64,000 nucleotides of DNA from assembly GCA_000165425.1 (NCBI GenBank), contig CT868649.1, positions 62,001 to 126,000 of the forward strand, given 5' to 3'. Both the position numbers and the translations under genes were made by a program. This document shows, in pieces, positions 52,546 through 64,000 of the stretch. Position 1 is the first letter of the stretch. Every line of letters begins with the position of its first letter. This DNA is from Paramecium tetraurelia. Its lineage: Eukaryota. The notes beneath the pieces were generated by a model. It had not been told where the DNA came from, ran no database searches, and worked only from the letters and a program-made list of their open reading frames with translations.

Positions 52546-54534
52546 ATGTCTAACAACAATCATTCTGACGACGAAGAGATGTTTGTAATGATTATCATGG
52601 TAACTCTAGCTTGTGGGCAAAATTTAAGCATAAAAAGTGGAAATTGAGTCTCTCTAAAAATAATTAAGAGTTTAAGAATTTCAATTTAAACAACAGATAT
52701 TGGAAGTATTTCTTATATTGATCATAAGCTTACAAATGAACTCGAGAGAGAGAGGAAGAGAACAGGTGAATTGGAGAATGAGATAAACACCTAAATTAGT
52801 TCAATTGGATAAGGTGAAATTCAATCATTTGCTACTTAGCTCGAATAGAAGTTGTCAGAAGCTGAGAATAAGTTATTAGAATATAAAGCTAGTGAAGTTT
52901 AAAATGTGAATAAATTTATAGTTGAAATTGCAAAAAGAAATTTAGAGTTTAAAAAGAAGGCCTGACAATGAAGAAATAGATGAATTGAAATAATAGTTAG
53001 TGAAAATGGAGGAAACAGCTATTGCATTAATTGTTGAAAAAGAGAAAATTATATAGGATCTAAAAAGTCAACTTGAATGTTCAACATAAATCGAAGAGAC
53101 TTTCCATGATTAAGTCCATAGTTCTGATGTAGATGATGAAAAGGATATTAAAATTTAAAATTTAAAATAATTAGTATAGGAATTAAATTAGAAAATAGAA
53201 TAAGACTAATTGCATTTTGATGAAAGATTAATGAAATTAGAGCATGAAATTACTGAACGTGTCTTGGATAGCATAAGTCATCAAATTAATGAATCAAAAT
53301 CCGTAGAATAAGACTTACTTCATTAGATTAATCTATATGAGGAGAAAATAAAGAATTAAGATAAGCTATTAGTTAATTAGGAGAAATTATTATAATAGGT
53401 TAAGGACGAAAAGTATAAGGAGGTTAGTTTTTATGAAGGAAGACATGCTGAGATGCAAAAGAAATTATCATCTGCATTGTAATAAGTATTAAAAAGTGAT
53501 AAAAAATCTGAAGATGCATTTAAGCAATTTACTAATTTGCAGAGAGAGAAAACAATTCTTTCAAAATAAAGAGATGAATAAGTGAAATTAAACGTTAAAT
53601 TAGAGAATAACATAAGAAAATAGATCTAAGATATGGATGAACTTAGACAATATAATAATAGCTCTTAATAATAAATTGACGATTTAGAATAATAAGTTAA
53701 TCATTTAGAATAATAATTGCAAGAAACCAAGTTTTATTATGAAGAATAATTATAAATGCAGAAGATTCATATACCTAGTGAACGATTACCTTCATAATAG
53801 GAAGAATAAGGATAGGGAGGAAATCTCTTAAGTGAATTACTAACTGAAGAAATTTCAATGGAAAAACCTCATAATACTTAACAGAGTGAAGATAGTTTTC
53901 ATCAATAAATTCCATAAACGCCTTAGTCTAAAAATGGTTTAGTACATATGTTTGGATCATCCAGAATCTCAAATACAGGTGTAAATACAAAAAGAAGATA
54001 CCAAGAAATTGAATAATTAAAAATAGAAATACATACTATTAAACATGAAAATGAGTAAAATATACTTATTATATAATTAGATAATTGGCAGAAGAAATAG
54101 AAAACTATGAACATTTGGTTGGTGTCTTATAATAAGAGATAAAAGCATAATTATTAGAAATTTAGAACCTAAGAAAAGGAAAACTTGATTATTCATAAGA
54201 AAGAGATTTGAGAATAGACTAGGAATAATTAAAATAATCATTACACAAACTTGAAACACATTTTATTACTGCCAAGTTAAGTTGGGCTGAAGAGGTAAAT
54301 TTCTTAAAATCAGAAGTAAAAAGAGCTGAAAAATAGGCATAAGAAAGCACTTTATTATATAATTAAATATTGACTGAAAAGGAGTATTTCTAATCTAAGT
54401 TGAAGAAACTTGAAACTTAAATTGCAAAGAAAGAAAAAAAGAATTAAACTACTTAAAACGCTCCTTTAAGTCCTCTTAAAGAAGATGATTAAACAGTGAA
54501 AAAAAAAGGATTTTTATCATATTTCGGAAAATGA
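52546..54534 (+). CDS. Long coiled-coil protein with amphipathic C-terminus (golgin-like)
   Basis: MSNNNHSDDEEM...; E/Q/K heptads; ends KKKGFLSYFGK*. Confidence 0.72.
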
Positions 54535-54850
54535 AATATAAAATTTTGTTGATAATATATTAAAATTTAGAAATTTGAATTAATTTTCATCCATTTAAGT
54601 AATATTTAAGGAACAAAATGGTATATATTTTAATAATATTCAATTTGAGAAGATTAAATTTAAATGTTTTTATTATATTTTGATTAATTAAGGTTAAATT
54701 ATATGGATTTTGTCAGCTCCTAATGTTGATTCTAATAAAAAGTGGAAAGTAAGTCATAAACTCAAGTATTGATCCATTTTTATATAAGGTCTAAAATTTA
54801 GAAATATATAATAATTAATAAATAAATATATATATAATTATATATACACA

Positions 54851-55494
54851 ATGAATTAGCCACCTTATAAATTAGACCCAGATTCAACAGAAAGGATAAT
54901 AAAGGATTTGTTGATTTATAAAGATGCTTAATTAAAAGTCATCCTTAAAAAATATATTGAAATTACAGCACCATAAGAAACATTAAGTGAAGAAAAATTG
55001 TAAATTAATCGACTAAATAAAAAGACAATAATTAGCTACTGAATTTTAAAAAGAAATAGCTGTTTATGAATTTTAAATAGCAAAGGCATCTAGATAGCTG
55101 GAAGCATAAAATTTTGATAGGGAACAAAATTAAGAATTAAATAAGTCAATAAGTAATTACCATGTTGAGTTTCTTAGTTGAAGGCATAAAGTAAACCGAT
55201 TTAGAAATAGAAAATTTGAAAAGTGTTTATTAGATTGAAGAATAAATAAAAATTAATAGATAGCATTATGAAAATTTATCAAAACAAATAAGCAGTTATG
55301 AGAATGTTAGCAATGTTGTTAAAAATATTGAAGTGGCTACAAAGAATATAGAGCAATTAAAAATTCAGCATAAGTAAGCAGCAGAATTAATCAAAATTAA
55401 AGAAAAATAATTATTTATGATGGTATCTATAGTATTATAAATATTAAAGTTGCATCTAATGTAAGATTTAATTGAGGTCAAGTATGAATAATGA
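54851..55494 (+). CDS. THOC7: THO complex subunit 7-like protein
   Basis: IIKDLLI...YEFQIAKA...NRQHYENLSKQI...IKEKQLFMM helical pattern resembling THOC7/Mft1; two introns. Confidence 0.65.
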
Positions 55495-55556
55495 AGTATG
55501 GTTATTTTGTTTTGAATATTATAAAATTAAATGAATTATAAAATATAGAAAGTTAA

Positions 55557-55814
55557 ATGAAATTAACCGATTTAATGAAATTTTGCTTCAAATACTAAAT
55601 TTATGAAGATTATTCAATAATTATTTTAGGTTAGGAAATGGACAAGTTGAGTTCAAAGTTAGACAAATTTTACACTGATTGTTACGACTATGAAAACGAA
55701 ATAAGAAACAAGGAAGCCAACAGCCAGGCTGATCTAAATACATCTTTGGAAGAATAATTTAAAGATCTTGAAATTAGGAATTGTCAAAATTAAAGTTCCG
55801 AATATGAAGACTGA
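55557..55814 (+). CDS. Small acidic ORF (start uncertain; alternative ATG at 55638)
   Basis: MDKLSSKLDKFYTDCYDYENEIRNKE...SSEYED* with coding-like composition. Confidence 0.45.
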
Positions 55815-57517
55815 GTACCAAAAACCATTGATTGATGATTGTTTTGGATATAATAATGTATTAGAACTTTCAAAAACATTTTTTTTAAGTTACAATTTTT
55901 GTTTAAATTCCTTTATTAATAGAATTAGATAACTAGAGCATTCTAAATAGCTATCTTTTGGCAGGATATCCTTAATTCACATATAACAAACTATGTTAAA
56001 TGAATGGATACAAGAATTCTTCTAAATTTTAAAGATTGTGCCCAAATTGAATAAATCAATTTCACAAGAGTTACTTGAAAAAGAAAATTATTGTATGAAT
56101 TGATTTTATCTCAACATCATCAAATTTAAGGATATGAGGATGTTTAATGGGAATTTACCAGGAACAAGAATTCCATCTATTAAATGATTTAATCAATCCT
56201 CAAATTGAATTGAAAAATAATAACGTTTTTATTTGTAATCTTCTATTCAAAACAATTGGATTATAACTAGGATGGCATTCTTCTAATCACTTTAAATGAG
56301 AAAATTCCAGATATCAAATCCAAATTTTGGAATCTCATTATGTAAGTTTCAAATTTTATTTTATTTTTTCATGTAACTGTCAGCATACAATCTACTTCAC
56401 AAAACCAATTGATTTTGAGTAATCCTCAATTTTAGATAGACAAGAGTCACTTAATTGAAAATATTTAATATAAAACTTATTATACATCTATAATCCATAT
56501 TTCTTTTATGCTTTAAATCTCAAATGGTGCAATATATGAAAATCTACTTAGACTGAATTATATGGTAATCGTTTTGTGTAAATTTATAAACTATATTTCT
56601 TTAACTTAAAGTTATGGGTTTTTTTAAAAGTCAACTAACCTTCTAGCAACCTCAATTTACAAACATACAATTATATTATAATACTTTGGATATTTTTAAT
56701 TGTTTAAATTTTCAAAAATTTTAACATATAGTTCACATACTCAACTTGATCATTGTTATTATTATAATCACACTAGTCAGATTTTATATCGAATCTGATA
56801 GATGTAATTAAGCTAATATTTTTGCCAAAGACAATTAACTTACCTATTTTTAATAGAATTTTTTTTTAATTTTATAACTGATAATATATTGTCCATTTCA
56901 AAGTATCATAATTCTATAAACAGCTTTATTTTCTTATAATTTTACTCTGTTAACTTCAAACCATTTTTCTTCTTTCGATATTGGCTTAGAAATTAATTTA
57001 ATTTTGATGCAAATCAACTCTTAAAATATTGCTCTAATTTCAATATGAGGTTTGATTTTGCTTGTATCATTCTCTTTTTTCATTTTCTGAGGCATTTCCT
57101 TTATTTAATGCGTCTTCTTCTAGCTCCGTTGCTTTTTATTCTTTATGTACTTTTTAGTTTTGTTAAATTATTTTTTCAATCTATGGCCATCGAGTTATAT
57201 ATTTTTATTTTTTGTCATCCACTTTGTATATTTTTTTTGACTAAAAATTTCATCATAGACTGAAAATTAGGACTAAAATCCTGAACAACAATGCTATTTA
57301 TAGAAATTTTGATCTATAATTATCCTAGTGTTAAAAAGGAATTTGTTATGAATGTTATTAAGGGTGTAACTTCTAGTCAGAATTACCTATCCAGATGATA
57401 TTACTGTTGAGATCTAATTGTCTTAATATATTAAACTCATGGGCTTTAGAGTTTATAATTTGATAAATTAAAGAATATCATATGTGATTATTTTGATTTA
57501 TTATTCATTTCCAATGT

Positions 57518-57746
57518 GAAAAGCAGCCTGGACAACTGAAGACCCATTTATGATCTTTTATCGCTTAACTTTGCCCACTCTCATGCCCAGGTCCATCTCG
57601 TTTTCCTGCTTTCATAAAAGTATCGAACATAGATCCGCAAGTGTTGGGGTAGACAGCCTGCGTAGTATTGCGCTGCCTGATTTGTTCTTATAATTTGAAA
57701 CCTTCTTAAGGAACTTTAAAATCACTAATAGTACAGGCTCCGACCT
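57518..57746. ncRNA. Candidate structured non-coding RNA (GC-rich island), family unassigned
   Basis: About 42% GC by hand count in an AT-rich spacer; complementary ends; no convincing protein in six frames. Confidence 0.45.
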
Positions 57747-57905
57747 ATGTTATTTTAGATTATTAAAATAATAGAATTTTATCATATAAACCAACCTGTT
57801 TTAATATGACGTAATAAAGGAATAATTAAAGTTTATAACAATATACTTGCAATACGAAGAGATCAACTCAAGAATAGATCATGAATGTTTAATAATATTA
57901 AATCA

Positions 57906-60356
57906 TCATATAAGTCTAACTTTCTACTTATTTTATTGTTCTTATTCCTTTTTCTTAAGATGATTCTAATATTCATCAATAACTTTCTGCATGTGTTTTA
58001 ATTTTTACTAAAATAAGTAAACTATAGAGAAATACTTCTAATTGTTCTAATTCAACTTTTAATTAATCAATATTTTTCTTTCTATTGCTGTAATCTTGAA
58101 TTAATTCAGGACGATTCACAATTCTATATAAATATTGTAGATGTACCCTGTCTATTGCTTTAATTTAAGGTTTTCAGTTCTTAATTTATCTTTGGATTCT
58201 TTTTATTCTCCTAAGTTTTTACGTAATGCCTCAAGTTCATCCTTTTTTTTTTCTAAATTTAATGATAAATTGTAATACAATTAATTTTTTCTTGATCCTA
58301 GAACTTTGCTTTGACATAGCCTAATTTCTCTCTAGTGTGAGTTAACATTTAAACTGTTTTGGTATTCTTATTTTTCAATTTATGAAGATCTTCATTTCTT
58401 TCCTCAATTTTTTCATTTAGAGTTTGATTTTCTATCTTTAATTATTCAAAGTCAATTAAATGTAATCCCTCTGCTAGTTCTTCTTTCTTTTTTAATTACT
58501 TTTGATTTTTAGCTAAAGTATTTTTCAATCTTAATGTGTCAAGTCTTAATTCTTATAAAGTCTTATTTTTAGCTGATTCTTATTCTTCCCATTCTGATAT
58601 TCTAACTTCTGGTATAGGTTTATCAGTTCTAGAGTAGGCAGCTTTGCGTGCAACTTCTCTCTTCAAATCCATGAAGGCCTATCTAATTTCATTACATTTT
58701 TTTGATTTTTCATCCAATTTAGACTGCAATTCCTATGCCATTTAGTTGTATCTATCTTAAGTTTATTGTAAATCCAATCTAATTTAATGAACATGTGCTA
58801 AGGTATTTAAATATTTGTGTTCATTCATGGTCATTTCTCCAGTTTTATCAGCATAAACTTCTTATTTATTTCTAATTTATTTAATTTTTGATTGTAAATT
58901 GACATTGTGATCATAAAGTTCATCATGTTGTCTTTGTGCTTCAGCAATAGCAATTTCCAATTCTTCTTTAATATCCTTATTGGATAGTTATTATTCTTTG
59001 GGCATTTGGAACTTGTGAATAAACTCATCTTCCTTTTGTTTTTGATTTTCATCTTATGATAAATTATCTTTATTCTCATCACTATTTTATTCATCTAATT
59101 ATTAGATGGGAGTATCTTATATATTTTATTAGGCTTATTCTTCTTATTAATGAGATTGTTATGCCTCTTATTCTTCATGAGCGTATCTTGGATCAGGGTA
59201 GAAGATGACTGGAATTCTGAGCTTCAATTCAATATGTTTTAAGTTCAACTTTTCTCTTGTGCTTTTCTTGTAAGGAATGGATTCTGGTGTATTTCTAGTA
59301 TACAAATCAATGTATTATCTGATATCATATGTGCATGGCTATCCTTGATTTCCTATTTTAGCAATGAAACATTTAGTTTATCTATCAAATTCAATATGTT
59401 CAGGCCCTATCTTATTGTTTTCATTTTTATCAGGCACTTTACCGGAGTCACTAGTAAATGGCAATATTTGTAAGGCATAAACACCAACTAAGTCTTCAAG
59501 CATCTTTCCATGGACCAATATGCTTCCATCGTTGCTGTCTTCAATTTTAGTAACACATAAGTCTTTATGACTTACAATATACACAATAGCCACTTAGTTG
59601 TCATCACAGGAGACACCAATGGAAATGTGATTCATTTCATTTGAGAGCAATATTTTTCTGTCGTCTTCAACTTCAAAGAAGAGATAACCCATTTCCATGA
59701 AATAATCATATATGACTTATGCATCAGGTATGGTGTCTTCTTCGAATTTGGAGACAATGTAGATCAATTTAAGATCATCCAATTTCTTTTCATTATACTT
59801 ATAAAATTCGATTCTAATTTAAATAAATCAAATAATTGTTACAATTTCTTAAATTCAGCATCGCTATGATCATTATCAAGTAAGTGAGAAGCATATCTTT
59901 CTGCTACGATGGCAGGCATCAATTCTATATATAATTAATTCAGTTTCTTCTCTCTTCTAATTCGATTCACATTCTCTAATAAATCCCTTTTAACTTTTCT
60001 TAAGATTTCGTCTGGATCATATTCATCATTTTGTTCTCTTCTTCCTGGACTGTGTCTTGATTCTTCAGCATAATCTTGTTAAAATTGGGATGAACTTCCC
60101 ATTCCTTAGTTCATTTAATTTTAGTATTGATCTCCTTCCTCCTCTTCATTTTCCTCATTTCCACCTTCTTCTTCATCTTCCTCCTCTTAATAATATTATC
60201 CTAGATCGATATCGATAACTGTTATTTACCATGCATCTCCATATATAATTTTTTCTATGCATCTGTCATATTTTCGAAATCGATTTCTTCCTCGTCTCCC
60301 TCCTCATCTCCATATTGGTCCTCATCATCGTATTATTAATCACCTTAATCACTCAT
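57906..60356 (-). CDS. CCDC96: CCDC96/CFAP184-family ciliary coiled-coil protein with a long N-terminal extension
   Basis: KEELAEGLHLIDFEQLKIENQTLNEKIEERNEDL, MLTHTREKL (DUF4201 signature); acidic N-terminus. Confidence 0.85.
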
Positions 60357-60401
60357 TTTTATTATTTAGATTTATTAATATTATCTCAACTATTAATAAA
60401 A

Positions 60402-61318
<917 letters not shown>

Positions 61319-61364
61319 ATTAAGTTATTTTTTAAAGAAATTACATCTGTTTAATATAATTATA

Positions 61365-62468
61365 TCATTTGTGGGATTATTCTGGATTAATCATTAATTT
61401 TCCATCTTCCCAATCACATTCAGTAACAACTTTATCGCAAGTAGTGACAGAGCCTTTTCCTTCCCTCTTATTATTTCTAAAATGTCCTTCATATCTTGAT
61501 TTGTCAGGATATGTCATAATTCCGTAGCCTTCCATGAGGTCATCATGAAATTGCCCTTCAATTATAAAATAGAATACCTTCATACTCGACTCCATCTGGT
61601 AAATGTAATTTACCATTTCCATTCATCATACTCTTTTTCCATTGGCCAACATAGTGAGTTCCATCTGGCCATTTGAATGTGCCTTGTCCTTCAATTTCCC
61701 CATGCACATATTCCCCATTATATTCTGATTTGTCAGCAAATTTAATTAAGCCTTTGCCATGTTTTTGTCCCTTATGAAATTCTCCATCATAGATAGTACC
61801 GTCTGGATGTTCCTCCACTCCTTTTCCATGAGGCAATCGATCTAAGCAATCTCCAGAATATTGGACTCCATTATGGTATATCCTTACACCAATTTACTCT
61901 GTTCCTAGCTGAAAATATTAACAGATTTTACATAGAGATCTTTATTAGGGAAATAGATGGCACCATCCTCTAATATACCATTTCTCCATTGTCCCTCTAA
62001 ATAGGTTGAATCGCTTCTCAACATTTATCCGTATCCGAACTATACACCTCTTTTCCATTAACCTTTATAGATGGTTCCATCTTTTATATAAGTAGGCAGC
62101 ATTCGATATTCATTTGAGATCTAATTGTTGATTTTTCTATAGGCGACATCTGGTAAGGTTGGAATTTTAAATTCTTCATCGAACTGAGTCCAATCCTTTG
62201 GCTTGTCTTCTTCAAGCATTTATTTTTCTTCATTAACCTTTTGTCGAGCAACTTTATTTCTGAATGCACATTGTATTGCTACTGCACTCCTCTCTTCACT
62301 TTCTTTTATCTTTGATTCATCGACGATAGGTTTTTGAGGTTTGATTGGTTCCTCGGGGGGTTTAGGTACTTAGGGTTCATTTTAGACTGGCGGTTCAATT
62401 GCTTTACCTGGAGTGTATATTTTAATATCATCTTCGGGTTGTTATTATTGTTGACAATGATTTCCCAT
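61365..62468 (-). CDS. MORN-repeat protein with N-terminal MG..C motif
   Basis: Repeated YxGxF/W..G..HGxG units; MGNHC start; Pro-rich linker. Confidence 0.92.
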
Positions 62469-62650
62469 CTGTTAATTTATAGAAATTCAAAATTATTTTC
62501 ACTTAAAATCACAACCTGTTAAATATCTTAATATCTTAATAAATTTATTATAGTTCTAAAATGATTAACAAATTATGTTCGAATTCAAGTCTCTATAGAA
62601 TTAAACTCACTTAAAAAATTTGCAATGTTATAATAACATATTTTAATATA

Positions 62651-64000
62651 ATGAATTAAAGGGAGATTGCCAAAGAAGTCTTAGCGGTTTCATTGCACAT
62701 TGCGGATGCAGATAAATTCAACTTTGAAGATTCTAAAAAGAGAATGCAATTGTTAACAGAATCCGTCTTGAAAACAAGTATGTGTTTGATGTTGACGTAG
62801 ATCTATTGAGATAGAAACCCAATAAAAATTGCAATCAGACTGTTGACCTTGAGTTTTAACAAATTGATAATTTAAAAGACTTGCTACCTCATTTAGCAGA
62901 ATGCAGCAATTTGCGTGAAGTATTATGATAATGCATCAATCAAGTTAATTTTGCATGGTAATCGTTTACATACCTTACCTGAAGATCTCTCAACCTTGAG
63001 TACCGTTGAAACTTTGGACATATCCAACAATCTCTTTGATGATGTAATCACTTATACAATTTATAGATTATTCCCATAATCAAAGCCTTGCAAACTATGC
63101 CCAAATTGTTACACCTTCACATAGGATTGAGAGACAACAATGAAGAAAAGTATGTGATCCAACACTTACCCAATCTAATTACCCTCAACAATAGAAGACT
63201 CAAGTTTTTTGATCAACTTGACAGTGATAGACCTTCTGAAAGACAATCTGCAAGATCGGAAAAATCCTACTAAAGCGAAGTCACCTTCAATTAGGAGGAC
63301 GTAGACAATGTGGAAGTACATCATTATCTTATTAAGTTAAAAGAACCTTTTTAATCAAATTTGTAACATTGAAAATAATCCCAATCAACAAAAGTCACAT
63401 GCTCCACAATTGACTGATCATGTCAAAGATGTAATGACGGATTTTTCCACCAAAGTCCAATAGACTCACTCCAAACACTTCCTTGATACACACATACTCA
63501 AAGTAAATCTTACGTATTCTACCTAGGCAAAATACGATCTATACGAAATCTGTTTCAGAGAATTAATTGACTATTTTCGCAATAATAACAATAAACTTGA
63601 ATAAGTCTTAAAAACCTTGTAACAAGAGCATTCCAATATTTTTAATGATCTAACCAATATCATATACAATCTCAGAGACTATAAAAAGATCTAAAAAGAG
63701 AATCAGGAATTTGACTAACTCATCTTGAATAGTGATATTGTCAAATCTTAAATTAAAGAAATTCAACTCCTCAAAGAAGAACGTGATCGTCTCTTCATTG
63801 ACAAAAATAAACTCTAATAATCCAAGGACTAATAATATGAGTTGCTTCATCCTTTACAATTATAAGTCAAAACATTGTAATGCAGTGTTTAGAGATTGGA
63901 ATAAGAAAAAGAAAATCTCAATAATAATATTTCCTAATTAGAATATTAATTTGCTTAGTAATAACAAATACAGAGATCTAATAGAGGTAGTTCCAAATAA
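62651..64000 (+). CDS. LRR + coiled-coil protein (3' partial)
   Basis: LILHGNRLHTLPEDLSTLSTVETLDISNNLF, YVIQHLPNLITLN; runs off the window end. Confidence 0.82.

Noticed and set aside
57643..57650. GTTGGGGT as a telomere addition site
   Set aside because: Only about one repeat unit, internal, with no tandem G4T2/G3T3 array
57660..57700. GTAGTA and TGTTCTTAT resembling U2 snRNA; CTGAAGA (57536-57542) resembling a hammerhead core
   Set aside because: The near-invariant U2 5' sequence is absent and the spacing is wrong; no GAAA-stem-UH arrangement completes a hammerhead

Overview
AT-rich, gene-dense eukaryotic DNA that reads as a ciliate macronuclear chromosome segment, most consistent with Paramecium. 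TAA/TAG encode Gln and TGA is the only stop. Introns are GT..AG and about 21-30 nt, and intergenic spacers are often under 50 nt. The supplied standard-code ORF track is therefore mostly fragments or antisense artefacts. I re-translated by eye with code 6 and found about 45 protein genes. Recognisable ones: two Ser/Thr kinases, an ARID+ARM SWI/SNF-type subunit (disrupted as given), a Mei2-like RRM protein, NDP kinase, a cNMP-binding protein, an EF-hand repeat protein, cyclin L, CFAP410, RMND5/Gid2, OXR1-like LysM-TLDc, SEM1, dolichol kinase, a BAG6-like UBL protein, RAE1, an ankyrin protein, an HRD1-like RING ligase, a B-box protein, an archaeal/plant-type RNase HI, a GPI-anchored Cys-repeat surface protein, an RS2Z-like SR protein, THOC7, CCDC96, Rab2, a MORN protein and an LRR protein. 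The most notable unexplained signals are a ~230-nt GC-rich, self-complementary intergenic island (57.52-57.75 kb), a hairpin+ACA element (41.7 kb), head-to-head start codons only 13-23 nt apart, and clustered +1 frameshifts and in-frame TGAs in two adjacent genes. I recognised no tRNA, rRNA, CRISPR array or transposase, and I cannot claim a new multi-gene system. Coordinates are hand-derived; CDS spans include introns.
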